Source: a virus (Duplodnaviria; Heunggongvirae; Uroviricota; Caudoviricetes). From it: a stretch of 64,000 nucleotides of DNA. The notes below the pieces were generated by a model. The model worked only from the letters and a program-made list of their open reading frames with translations. It did not search any database and was not told the DNA's origin. Made by a program: the position numbers and the translations under genes. Location of the stretch: the IMG/VR virus record IMGVR_UViG_2974649431_000001, positions 28,282 through 92,281 of that record; one strand, 5' to 3'. This document shows, one piece after another, positions 9,354-19,800 of the stretch (position 1 is the first letter of the stretch; each line of letters opens with the position of its first letter).

Positions 9354-10639
9354 TGGCTACCTGTCTCCAGACTCTCGAAGGCGGGACACCTCCGGAGCTC
9401 TTCCCGGGGACGATCACGCCCTTCTCCATCAACGCGTTGACCAACCAAGTGTTCCTCATCAGGAGCTTGGCTGCGCAGACTGCGTTCTTCAACTTCGTCT
9501 TCAACCCGACGGGCTCCACTGCGAACATCAGCATCGTGGTGACCGCGTTTCAGAAGGTGGGTGGGGCGTATGTCGACTTGGGCAGCGTTACATTCTCTGA
9601 CCTCGTCGCTACGTTCTCCAAGGACTTCGGCGTGGGGGAGTTCTACCTGTGCATCCGCTCCAACCAGGGCTACACGGGCACGGTCGTCGGCAACTTCACA
9701 GGCTTCCCCAGCGAGGCTCGCTTTGCGGGCACAGCGTTCCAGGGTGCTGCTATGGCGGTCGAGCTCTCCACCCCGCGCCCGCCGGTTGCATGCGATGAGC
9801 CGATCTATTACAAGATCATCGAGGGGAGCCTACCTCCGGGGCTTGACTTGACTGCGCTGGGGCGGATCCAAGGCATGCTCCCCAACCTGGATTGCTTGGA
9901 GGACGCGACCTCCTACAGCCCTGCTATGAACTGGTCCTACGAGGACAATTCTGGCGTGATGAATCCTTGGGGTCGCGTCTGGCGCTTCAAGGTGCGCATC
10001 ACGCTTGGCGACATGGAGGACACGGCCTCCGACCAGTGGTTCTGTGTGCGCGTGCACAACAACTGGAATTTCGACAGGGACAACTTCCTCCGCATGGCTC
10101 CCTTCAAGTCGGTGCGTGAGATCGAGGTCGTGGAGACGCCGAAGCTCTTGAAGCCCGTCTGCGAACCCTGCCCCGAGGAGGAAGTCGCGGCGCCCTTCTC
10201 GCCCCAAGCAATCGAAGACCCCTGCCCTGGATGCGATCACCCGGACGTCGTCACTGACATCCAGCTCATCGAAATCCCCAAGGAACTCAGCAGCGTCACG
10301 CCGAACAAGTGGGTGGTGTGGTACCTGGAGAACAAGGACCGCGATTGGGGGTGCTGCTCTGCAATCGCTGCCTTCATTCGTGCGCTGGAGGCCAGCCCTT
10401 ACTTCCAGGCGTTGCTCGCGCAAGCGGGAGTCGGCAAGATCGCCGATGACCCCAGGGTCGCCATCGAAGCAGAAGCCTTCCAGAACTTCTTGATGCTGAC
10501 AGCTTCTTCCCTCATCGACGGGCGCAACTCAGACGACCTCGACGCCATGATGCTCGTCTGGAAGAACCGCGCCAACCAGAAGCTTCCCACAACGGGCAAC
10601 GCACAACACGGAGAAGCCGGAGAGGCCACACTGACATGA
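9353..10639 (+). CDS. virion protein with a putative Ig-like domain and a Cys-rich region
   Basis: YYKIIEGSLPPGLDLTALGRIQG resembles the putative-Ig repeat. The gene is coupled by a TAATG overlap. Confidence 0.6.
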   Translation: MATCLQTLEGGTPPELFPGTITPFSINALTNQVFLIRSLAAQTAFFNFVFNPTGSTANISIVVTAFQKVGGAYVDLGSVTFSDLVATFSKDFGVGEFYLCIRSNQGYTGTVVGNFTGFPSEARFAGTAFQGAAMAVELSTPRPPVACDEPIYYKIIEGSLPPGLDLTALGRIQGMLPNLDCLEDATSYSPAMNWSYEDNSGVMNPWGRVWRFKVRITLGDMEDTASDQWFCVRVHNNWNFDRDNFLRMAPFKSVREIEVVETPKLLKPVCEPCPEEEVAAPFSPQAIEDPCPGCDHPDVVTDIQLIEIPKELSSVTPNKWVVWYLENKDRDWGCCSAIAAFIRALEASPYFQALLAQAGVGKIADDPRVAIEAEAFQNFLMLTASSLIDGRNSDDLDAMMLVWKNRANQKLPTTGNAQHGEAGEATLT

Positions 10640-10851
10640 TCGAAACGAACTGCACACCCTGCGTCAAACCCGAACCCTTCGTGCCCCAGCAGATCAGCGT
10701 GCCATGCGAACCCTGTAAGGTCGAGGAACCCAAGAGCCCGCTGGTGCTGCCCACGCGGCGCCGCGTCACGGTCGAAACTGATTGCTTCCAGTCGATGCTC
10801 TTAAATATGACAACCCAATTCTTCTGCGGGGAAGGTCCCCGCGCCTGCTGA
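10636..10851 (+). CDS. small Cys/Pro-rich hypothetical protein
   Basis: ATGA overlaps at both ends; two CxPC motifs (CTPC, CEPC). Confidence 0.55.
   Translation: MIETNCTPCVKPEPFVPQQISVPCEPCKVEEPKSPLVLPTRRRVTVETDCFQSMLLNMTTQFFCGEGPRAC
10802..10807 (+). promoter_or_regulatory. late promoter (TAAATA)
   Basis: TTAAATAT 44 nt upstream of the PAAR ATG. Confidence 0.5.
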
Positions 10852-11144
10852 TGCCACAAGCCGTTCGACTCCGAGACCTCTGTACGGGCCATGGATGCTT
10901 TCCACCCCGCCCAACTTCCACAGGAAGCCCCGACGTCTTCGTGAACAAGCGGGCGTCACATCGACTCGGCGACTCCTGGGCTGTTCACCGCTGCGGACTC
11001 TCCGATCACGACGGCACCACGATGACGGGAAGCCCCTCAGTGTTCGTGAACGGGATTCCCGCAGCGCGCATTGGGGAGAAAGTGTCTTGCGGCAGTGTCG
11101 CAATGACTGGCAGCGCAAACGTTTTCATGGACGACAATGGCTAA
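10851..11144 (+). CDS. PAAR-domain spike tip protein (T4 gp5.4-like)
   Basis: MPQAVRLRDLCTGHGCFPP...GSPDVFVN..HRLGD..HRC..GSPSVFVNGIPAARIGE..CG...GSANVF is a classic PAAR pattern. Confidence 0.92.
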   Translation: MPQAVRLRDLCTGHGCFPPRPTSTGSPDVFVNKRASHRLGDSWAVHRCGLSDHDGTTMTGSPSVFVNGIPAARIGEKVSCGSVAMTGSANVFMDDNG

Positions 11145-11529
11145 ACGAGACCCCATCTACAGCGACCTCGACTTGAACATGGTCGCTCATCCCCTCACTG
11201 GTGACCTGACGCCCAAGACAGACTTGGACGCCGTGCGCCAGTCCATTCGTTCGCTGTTCTTCCTGGACGCGTTCGATTACCCCTTCGACAGCTACAGGCA
11301 GTCCAATCTGAGGAAGCTCCTGTTTGAGCCGGCAAGTCAGCTGACTGAGTCGCGCATCCGAACCAACTTGGAGTGGCTCATCAAGAAGGTCGAACCCCGC
11401 GTGAACCTGGAACGTATTGACGTCGAAGGCTCCAGCGACGGTTTGGGCTACCACATCACCGTCTGGTATGCAGTGAAGTCCATCATGGCCAGCGACTCCT
11501 ACAAATTCTTCGTCCAAAGGGTACGATGA
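11137..11529 (+). CDS. gp25: baseplate wedge subunit gp25
   Basis: YSDLDLNM..HPLTGD..DAVRQSIRSL..IKKVEPRV; canonical position before gp6. Confidence 0.9.
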   Translation: MAKRDPIYSDLDLNMVAHPLTGDLTPKTDLDAVRQSIRSLFFLDAFDYPFDSYRQSNLRKLLFEPASQLTESRIRTNLEWLIKKVEPRVNLERIDVEGSSDGLGYHITVWYAVKSIMASDSYKFFVQRVR

Positions 11530-12168
11530 ATGGCGTATACCTACCTCATCGGATGGCGGGAACTTGACCGTTGGTACTATGGATACCGATCGGCAAACAA
11601 GAAGTCTCCGCATGACGATCTTTGGATAGACTACTTCACCTCATCCAAGCACGTTAGGGCATTTCGAGAAGCCCACGGAGAACCTGATGTCATTCGTGTG
11701 CACAAATCTTTTGAGTGTAGGGAATCAGCTCGCCGTTTTGAACATAGGTTGCTCACTCGTTTGAAGGTCGTGGGATCTGACCGCTGGCTCAACAGGACGA
11801 ACGGCGGCGGCCGAGACTTCTTCGACGGCAGCAGTCGCACCCCCGAGACATACGCTAAGATAAGCAAGGCCCTGAAAGGCAGGGTGTTCAGATCAGGCTA
11901 CACGCATAGCGCTGAGACCCGCTCCAAGATTGGCGCTAATCGCAGAGGGAAGCCTCATTCTGCCGAGACAAAGGCTAGATACTCGATGATGCGGAAGGGC
12001 AGGGAACCTTGGAACAAAGGTATTCCTTTTACCGATGACGCTAAGGCCAAAATGTCATCGGCTGCTAAGGCGCATGCCCACGTATGCCCACACTGCGGAA
12101 AAGTTGGAGGTAACGTCCTCTTCCGATGGCACTTCGACAACTGCAAACAGAAAGAATCAAATGCTTAA
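11530..12168 (+). mobile_element. free-standing GIY-YIG (Seg-like) homing endonuclease with NUMOD3-like repeats
   Basis: N-terminal YTYLIG..WYYGYR..YFTSS..E..LL..WLN, three HS.ET(R/K).K-type repeats and a C-terminal CPHC..HFDNC. Codon usage is more AT-rich, and the gene is wedged between gp25 and gp6. Confidence 0.82.
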
Positions 12169-13960
12169 CCTGCCCGTCCAGTCCTTGGAATTCGAGGACA
12201 TCAAGCAAAACTACATCGAGTTCCTGAAAGGGGACCCCAACTACCGAGACTTCAACTTCGAGGCATCGGGCATCTCCACGCAGATGAACATTCTGGCGTA
12301 TTCTACTCATATGCTGGGCTTCTACGTGAAGATGCTCCTGGATGAGGCCTTTGTGGACAGCGCGCACACGCGAGAAGCTCTCCTCAGCCACGCAAAGAAG
12401 ACGGGCTACACGCCCCGTGGTCGCCGCAGTGCACGCGCGGAAGTTCAAGTCGCTGTCTCCATGGATGCTGCAGATGAGCCGCTGGGCGCCGCCGTCCTCA
12501 TCCCCCGAGGCACCAGCTTCTCCAGCGCCAACAGCACGCAAGACGCACGCGTCTTCCAGGTGATCGATGACGTCATGGCCAAATCCCGCACTCAGGTGGG
12601 CAATGTCGTGACGTACACAAGCCCTGCGATTGTCGTGTTCGAGGGCCTCGCGCAGGTGTGGCGCTTCGTCGTGGACAACAGCGTGCACAACCAGCGCTTC
12701 GTCATCAAGGACAAGAACGTCGACTTGGACAGCATCCGGGTGAACGTGCGCACCACTGCAGGTAGCAGCGCCGTCCAGGAGTTCAAGCTGGCGAAGTTCA
12801 CGGACAACATCACGGGCACCACGCCGGTGTTCTACGTGACGACCAATGAAGAGGGCTACTACCAGATCTTCTTCGGCAACAATGTCTTTGGCGTGCAGCC
12901 ATCCAACGGCAACAGCGTCGAAGTCCACTACGTCGCGACCAATGGCCTGGGGGGCAACGGCGCCAAGGTGTTCCGCGCCAACCCAACCGTTCCTCCCGTG
13001 GGCACCGACTACTACCTGGGCAACTTCAGCACGATCACCACGACAACGCTCAGCCCTAGCTCCGGCGGCATGGAGCCCGAGACTGTCGACAGCCTCCGCT
13101 TCACAATCCCAAACCACTACCGCCGGCAGAACCGACTGCTGACAGCGTCCGACTTCCGAGGCGTTCTCCTGGAAGAGTTCCGCAACATCGACAGCATGAA
13201 CGTCTGGGGCGGCGAGAAGAACGGGCGACGCCAATACGGCAAGGTGTTCTGCAGCATCAAGCCCAAGAACGCACTCCAGCTGACGGGCGCAGCCAAGTCG
13301 GAGATCCGCACTGCCATCCTGGAGACCTACGGCATCGTCGGCGGCGACATCGTGTTCGTGGACCCCGAGTACATCAGCGCGGACGTCGTGCTCACTGCCA
13401 CCGTCGACCGTCGCAAGACCAACAAGGCGCTGGGTGAGATCGAGGCCGACATCGTGTCCCGCGTGAACGCCTACAACAGCACGACCCTCAGCAAGTTCGA
13501 GTCCAACCTCAGCGACGTGGACATGCTGAATGCTGCGCGCGCCGACGACAGCTACATCACGAGCATCTTCTCCCAGAAGGTCCTGCGGAAGTCCGTGCAG
13601 GTCATCTACGGAAGCTCCGGCACTTCTGCGCTGGAGTTCGCTAACGCGCTGGCCCCATCCACGCTCGCTAGCTCTGCTTTCCAGTATGGGGGCAAGGCCG
13701 TGAAGTTCATCGACGATGGCAAGGGCTCTCTCTTCATCGTCGAAGCCGGCACGGACACGCTCTTCCTGAATGCTGCGCAGGGCACCGTGGACTACAGCAC
13801 TGGACTGATTCAGTTCCGCTTCCCGCAGTTCGCGCGCATCGCCGCATTCACGGGGACGACTGGCAGTGTGGAGTTCAGCGGGGTACCTTCCACGCCGGAC
13901 GTGATGACCGACCTAAATAACATCGTCCGCATTTCCTCGACACGAGTCGTCTTCAAATGA
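12161..13960 (+). CDS. gp6: baseplate wedge subunit gp6
   Basis: ATG at 12161. LEFEDIKQNY..FL...DFNFEASG...LAY.TH..E.F.DSA...S.AK..GY.P, then E..DS.RF..P..Y..QNR..TA.D. Confidence 0.93.
   Translation: MLNLPVQSLEFEDIKQNYIEFLKGDPNYRDFNFEASGISTQMNILAYSTHMLGFYVKMLLDEAFVDSAHTREALLSHAKKTGYTPRGRRSARAEVQVAVSMDAADEPLGAAVLIPRGTSFSSANSTQDARVFQVIDDVMAKSRTQVGNVVTYTSPAIVVFEGLAQVWRFVVDNSVHNQRFVIKDKNVDLDSIRVNVRTTAGSSAVQEFKLAKFTDNITGTTPVFYVTTNEEGYYQIFFGNNVFGVQPSNGNSVEVHYVATNGLGGNGAKVFRANPTVPPVGTDYYLGNFSTITTTTLSPSSGGMEPETVDSLRFTIPNHYRRQNRLLTASDFRGVLLEEFRNIDSMNVWGGEKNGRRQYGKVFCSIKPKNALQLTGAAKSEIRTAILETYGIVGGDIVFVDPEYISADVVLTATVDRRKTNKALGEIEADIVSRVNAYNSTTLSKFESNLSDVDMLNAARADDSYITSIFSQKVLRKSVQVIYGSSGTSALEFANALAPSTLASSAFQYGGKAVKFIDDGKGSLFIVEAGTDTLFLNAAQGTVDYSTGLIQFRFPQFARIAAFTGTTGSVEFSGVPSTPDVMTDLNNIVRISSTRVVFK
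13914..13919 (+). promoter_or_regulatory. late promoter (TAAATA)
   Basis: CCTAAATAA inside the gp6 3' end, 38 nt before the gp7 ATG. Confidence 0.5.
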
Positions 13961-15405
13961 CCAATCCGATCTCCCCAGTCCAACGAGGCCGCCTCCCCGC
14001 ATTTGTGCGGTCGGAGTACCCTGCCTTCGAGGCATACATGATGAAGTATTTCGAGTGGCTGGGGAGGGACGACAACTTCATCGGCATCATCCAGAGTTGG
14101 AAGGCCAACACGGACGCGTCCAATGAAGTCGAGCCCTACGTGGATGCAATCCTGCGGGACCTGGGATGGACCTGGACCGGCGACATTGCCGTCAGCAAGA
14201 CCGTCCTGCTGTCCACGCTGAAGGACTTCTACCTCAGTCGGGGCACCAAGAAGAGTTTCTCGTGGCTGTTCCACACGCTGTTCAACCAGCCGGTGACGAT
14301 CAGCTATCCCCGCGACCGCATGCTGGTCACGAGCAGCGCGGACTATGCGACCAACTCCCGCATCTTCTTCACAGCAACACAGCGCGCTACGCAGGCATTC
14401 GCCGAGATCCTTGAGGCCGCAGCGCGACGCGACAACGTGGAGGTAGTGGGCCTCGCTTCAGGCACCACCGCTTCGATTGAGTCCGTGCAGATCCTGCTGA
14501 GCGGCGGGAACGCATACGTACAGGCAGAAATCTCGGCGCCCCTCACGGACTTCATCGTTCGCGAAGACGTGCGGCTCCAGGCAGGCTCTGACTTCGTCAT
14601 CGAATCCCTGCTGAACGTCCTCGTCCTGGAAGTCGACGGGGCGGGAAGCCTCCACGAACCTCTCGATGCGGTTACCGTGACAGGCGCCGGACTCCAGGGC
14701 ATCGTGCGCGTGAGCAGCGTGAAGGGCGGAACAGTTGACGGCGTCACCATTGCATCCGCCGGCACAGGGTATGCTGTCGGGGACAAGATCATCGCCGACC
14801 AGGTGAGCGATGGTTTCGGCTTCTTCGCTACGGTCTCCACCGTGGGCAGCGCTGGCGAGATCACAGGCGTGAACGTCTCCAACAGGGGCCGGGGCTACAA
14901 GGTCCTGCCCGAGCTCATCGTGAAGTCCACCGCCGGCACAGGCGCTGCCCTCATTGCAACCACGACGTCGATCGGTGCAGTCCAGCGCCTTGCCGTGCTG
15001 CAGCCCTACGTGGACTTTGACGTCAACGCGGTGACCGCCTCGCTGGGCAATGCTTCCCTGATCTGCAAGGAGACCACGGTGTTTTCCAGCAGGGACTACC
15101 GAGACCGTCGGGGCGTGCTCAGCGAGAACAGCACCCTCACGGACAGCAACCGCTTCCAACAGTTCAGCTACGATGTAGCCTCTGCAGTCCCGTCTAAGTA
15201 CCACGCTGAGATCGTGGATGAGCTGCTGCACCCCGTGGGGTACGTGAGGACGAACGTCCTAGACATCGCAGAAGCCGCCGAGCGCTCCGCCCAAAAATCC
15301 GCATCACAAGAGATTCAGGCAGTTGAAGCAGAGGACTACATCGTGACCCTTTCGGGCGTCTCGATTGTCACGCAGAACTCCCTCTCCAACCTGGTAACGC
15401 TATGA
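13957..15405 (+). CDS. gp7: baseplate wedge subunit gp7-like
   Basis: LPAFVRSEYP.F..Y..WL..KDFY.SRGT..SF..LF..LF and a C-terminal LTDS.RFQQFSY..L.HPVG; follows gp6. Confidence 0.8.
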   Translation: MTNPISPVQRGRLPAFVRSEYPAFEAYMMKYFEWLGRDDNFIGIIQSWKANTDASNEVEPYVDAILRDLGWTWTGDIAVSKTVLLSTLKDFYLSRGTKKSFSWLFHTLFNQPVTISYPRDRMLVTSSADYATNSRIFFTATQRATQAFAEILEAAARRDNVEVVGLASGTTASIESVQILLSGGNAYVQAEISAPLTDFIVREDVRLQAGSDFVIESLLNVLVLEVDGAGSLHEPLDAVTVTGAGLQGIVRVSSVKGGTVDGVTIASAGTGYAVGDKIIADQVSDGFGFFATVSTVGSAGEITGVNVSNRGRGYKVLPELIVKSTAGTGAALIATTTSIGAVQRLAVLQPYVDFDVNAVTASLGNASLICKETTVFSSRDYRDRRGVLSENSTLTDSNRFQQFSYDVASAVPSKYHAEIVDELLHPVGYVRTNVLDIAEAAERSAQKSASQEIQAVEAEDYIVTLSGVSIVTQNSLSNLVTL

Positions 15406-16868
15406 CATCCGATCTGACCAATCACTACATCACCTCGGCCATCGCTGCAATCGCTGCTAGTGCCGATCCGCTGGGTACGCCCTGGGCAGCAAAGACGCGT
15501 TACGTCGAGGGCTCCAAGGTGCGGTCGGGTCCCCGCGTCTACCTCGCAACCACGACAGGCGTGACGTCCACGATTGCTCCTGTGCACAGCAGCGGGCGCG
15601 CACAAGACGGCACCGTGACCTGGGCCTACGTGATGACCGCGGAACCCAACACATCGCTGGCGGCGAACTACTACCTGGGCATCGGCTCAGGCGGCGGGAG
15701 CACTGCGCAAGTCGAGGACACACCGGCGGGCGCCCTTGCTGTACTCGAGTCGCTGAAGACTGTCATCCGCATCAACAGCCGAGACGTCAGCCTGGGCTTT
15801 GCACGGCGCAACTGGACAAGCGGCACCGTGGTTCCCGCGTGGCCTGCGCCCCTGAGCTATGCCATGGTGGGCCGGAGCGTCTATCGTTGCATTGACAACA
15901 ACGGGGGCGCAGCTTCGACGAGTGCACCAGCAGGCACCTCCCTGGAATACTTTGAACTCGTGGACGGCTACGTGTGGAAGTACCTGGGCGACCTGTCCGC
16001 ATCCCAAGAGGACACGTTCGGCACAGCCGAAGTCGCGCCCATCTCCAGCCTCTATGTGAACGACGGGAGCCCTCGGAGCGTTGTGCAGAGCGTTGCCAAG
16101 TCGGGCTCCATCAGCGGGTTTGCACTGCTGGCAGAGACCGGCGTATTCAGCACACCCACCGCGTCAATTGTGGGTGCGGGTACCCAGGCCAGTGCGCGCG
16201 TCGACTTGAACCCCAACGGGACGGTTAAACGCGTGATCGCAACCTCCGGCGGCGTGGGATACAAAACCAACACTTTGGCAGTGATCAGCAACTTTTCTGT
16301 CGGTAGTGGCGCGGCCGCAACAGCTACGGTGACCGCAGGTGCTGTCGCCGGCGTCAACGTCACGAGTCAGGGCAGCGGCTACGTCAACGCGACCGCTGTG
16401 GTCGTTGGCGATGGACAAGACGCAGAGCTGGCTGTCACTGTGACAGGGGGCTACGTCACAGGCATTACGGTTGTGAACCCCGGCACGGGCTACACAAAGG
16501 CCCAGGTCTTCGTTGTGCCAGGCACTGCTGCAGCCGTTGCAGAAGCCGTCCTCTCTCCCATCGGAGGCCACGGTCGCGACATGACCAAGGAGCTTCCCAT
16601 CAACTACCTGCTGGTCAGCCGTCGGCTCACGAGCCTGGACAGCGGCTATATCCCCACAGGGGAGTTCAACCAGCTGAGCATCCTGACCGGCGTGGAGATT
16701 GGCAGCGGGATTGGCGACATCATGGTCGGCCCCGCACACCCCAGCCCTGCAGGTCGCGATGCTGCTGTTCTGTCTTGGGCGCGTCCCATCTACGTGGGCA
16801 ACATTGCCGCAACGGAGCACAGTGACGCACAAGACGAAGAAATCCGCATTGCCCTAAAAGTCGAATAA
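15402..16868 (+). CDS. gp8: baseplate wedge subunit gp8-like with inserted repeat domains
   Basis: ARRNWTSGTV..VYRCIDN..P.GT...E..DGYVWKY and SP.GGHG are gp8 family motifs. Confidence 0.8.
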   Translation: MTSDLTNHYITSAIAAIAASADPLGTPWAAKTRYVEGSKVRSGPRVYLATTTGVTSTIAPVHSSGRAQDGTVTWAYVMTAEPNTSLAANYYLGIGSGGGSTAQVEDTPAGALAVLESLKTVIRINSRDVSLGFARRNWTSGTVVPAWPAPLSYAMVGRSVYRCIDNNGGAASTSAPAGTSLEYFELVDGYVWKYLGDLSASQEDTFGTAEVAPISSLYVNDGSPRSVVQSVAKSGSISGFALLAETGVFSTPTASIVGAGTQASARVDLNPNGTVKRVIATSGGVGYKTNTLAVISNFSVGSGAAATATVTAGAVAGVNVTSQGSGYVNATAVVVGDGQDAELAVTVTGGYVTGITVVNPGTGYTKAQVFVVPGTAAAVAEAVLSPIGGHGRDMTKELPINYLLVSRRLTSLDSGYIPTGEFNQLSILTGVEIGSGIGDIMVGPAHPSPAGRDAAVLSWARPIYVGNIAATEHSDAQDEEIRIALKVE

Positions 16869-16871
16869 ATA
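16866..16871 (+). promoter_or_regulatory. late promoter (TAAATA)
   Basis: ATAAATAG 21 nt before ATG 16892, with an AAGGA RBS in between. Confidence 0.6.
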
Positions 16872-16891
16872 GTGGGAAGCAAGGAACATAG

Positions 16892-19800
16892 ATGACACGA
16901 ACGAATTTCAACCAGGCGCCCTATTACAACAGCTATGAGGCCGGCAAGAACTACCTGATGGTTCTGCATAAGCCCGGCTTCGCAGTGCAAGGACGAGAGC
17001 TGAACGAAGCCCAGTCCATCATGCTGGGGCAGATGGGTGCGTTCGCAGATCACGTCTTCAAGAACGGCTCCAAAGTGAGCAACGCGCGTTCCACGATCCT
17101 GGTGTCCAACTACGCACGCCTGCGCGCACAAACGCCGGGTGGCGAGGTCGTGAACGTCGAGCAGTTCCCCGAAGGCACGATCGTGGAGGGTGCTGCCAGT
17201 GGCCTGCGCGCTCGCATCGTGATGGCAGTGAATGCCGAGAACGCCGACCCTGCGACCCTGTTCCTCTCCTACATCAACACGGCCGTCGACGGCGAGACCA
17301 CAGAGTTCGTGCCGGGCGAAGACCTGCACTTCAAGGACTCCAACGACGTCACGGTCTACACGGCAACAATGCGGTGCCCGGGCTGTGCTGGCTCCGCTGA
17401 AGGTAGCGAAGTCTACCCGACCGGCCGCGGGCATCTGTTCAGCATCGACGAAGGCATCTTCTACTTCGAGTCCATGTTCCTGCGGTCTGCACGCCAGCAA
17501 GTCGTGGTGAGCAAATACAGCTACCCGAAGGGTGAGGCTGCACAGCCTTTCGCAGGCGCCAAGGTGGGCTTCGACTTCGTGCAGTCCATCGTGACCAGCG
17601 ACGACGATCCCAGCCTCGCTGACCCCAGCCTGGGCTATCCCAACGCGACCGCCCCGGGTGCCGATCGCTACAAGGCAGAACTGCTGCTGTCCCGCCGTTC
17701 CTATGACAGCGAAGACGGCGAGAACTTCCTCCTGCTGGGCCGCGTGAACGGCAACTACGTCGCAGAGTTCATGAAGAGCGATGCGGAGTACGCAAGCCTC
17801 TACGACAACCTGGCCAAGGAGCGCTTCGAGACGAATGGCAACTATACCGTCCGACCCTTCAAACTGAGCTTCTACGAGCACAAGAAGAAGAACGCCGCCG
17901 ATCCCCTGGGCTGGGACGTGAACGGCAGCGAAGCCAACATCGTCGGCCTCGTGACGCCGAGCGTCGGCTACGTGCGCGGATACCGTGTGGAGTCCATTGC
18001 TGACACCCCGGTGCTGGTCCCCAAGGCACGCGCCACCCGCAAGCTGCCCTCCTACGTGAAGCTCTTCAACGATCGCTCCTACGTGAGCCTGCGTCCCACC
18101 AGCGACATCGTCTGGCCGGGTCTCTCGGGCGACCAGGGCATCGTGAACGCAGAACGCGTCGCCATGTACGACTCGACGAACGCGGCCGGCGCAATCATCG
18201 GCTACGCTCGCTTCAACGACTTCGAGAAGATTGCTGGGCAGAACTCCGACAAGTCGGCTATCTACAAGTACACCGTAGTGGACCTTGCGTTCACCGTGAC
18301 CGGCAAGACACTCCGCGACGTGAAGAGCTTCGGCCATCTGGCAAGCGGCTTCCGGGCTGACTCCATCGTGACGGCTTCCAGCGGTGACTTCGAGGTGACC
18401 AACCCCAACACCAACGACCTGGTATTCGGCATCGACAAGGCCAACATCAAGAGCCTGCGGGACAGCGACAACGCCCTCAACGGCAGCATGTCCATCACCA
18501 TCCGCAAGAAGATGAAGGCGACGCTGGACAGCGCCGGCAAGTACGAGTTCACGACAGGCACCAACGAGTTCTTCACGAGCCTCAGCGGTCGCACGCTGGC
18601 TTACACGACCTCGGGGTCCAACGTGGTGAAGACGTTCGACCTGAACGGCTCCAACGCGAGCATCACTGCGACATCCATGCTGCTGAACTTCGGCGCTGCA
18701 GAGGCTGGCAAGACCGTTACGGTGTTCGCTGACGTCCTGAAGACCAGCCAGAAGGAAAAGACCAAGACGCTCATCAGCCGGACCTACACGACCAACGTGG
18801 CGCCGGTGAACATCGTGGGCACCAAGATCTTCCTGGGTGTCGCCGACAGCTACGATCTCACGAAGATCGAGCTCTACGACCACACTAACCCATCCAGCCC
18901 GACGCTGCTCGCAGACGTGACGTCGAACTACAAGATGGACACGGGTTCCAACAACTGGTTCTACGGTGAGTCTTCCGTCGTCCTCCAGAAGGCGATGTCG
19001 CAAGCCATCACCGGGGACATGCGCCTCCACGTGACGTTCCGCTACTTCGAGCACAGCGGCAACGAAGGGTTCTTCACGGTGGACAGCTACTCTGACGTGA
19101 TCAACGATCCCGCCAACAGCCTGGGCTACGCAGACATTCCCGTCTTCGTGTCCTCCACAGGTGCGGCCATCCCGCTGATCAACGCGATCGACTTCCGCCC
19201 GATCATGATCGCTGGCGCGACAACAGGTACGGTTCCCTCCGTGGGCACCACCTCCATCTTCGACATGGAGTATTACCTGCCGCGCGCGGACATCATCCAG
19301 ATCAACAAGGACGGCCTGATCTACGCCAAGCTGGGCAACCCCAGCGACACGCCTGCTCTGCCTCAGCCTGACGCTGACGCCATGGTGCTGTACCACGTTT
19401 TCCTGAACCCGTACACGTACTCCATGAACGACGTGTCGATGAAGTTCATCGAAAACAAGCGTTACACCATGCGCGACATCGGCCGCATCGAAGAGCGCCT
19501 GAAGAATGTGGAATACTTCACATCCCTCAGCCTGCTGGAGAAGACGGCGGAGAGCATGTCCATCAAGGACGAGAACGGCCTGGACCGCTACAAGAACGGC
19601 TTCATCGCCGACAACTTCAGCGACTGGCAAGCCGCTGACCTCTCCAACGTGGAGTTCAACGCGGCCGCCGATCGCGGCAAGCGCGTGCTCCGTCCTCGGT
19701 TCAAGGCCAGCAACATCAAGCTGGTTCCCAACAAGGACTCCAGCGTGGGCGTCCAGTGGAAGGGCAACATCGCGATGTTGCCTTACGTGAACGAGGTCTC

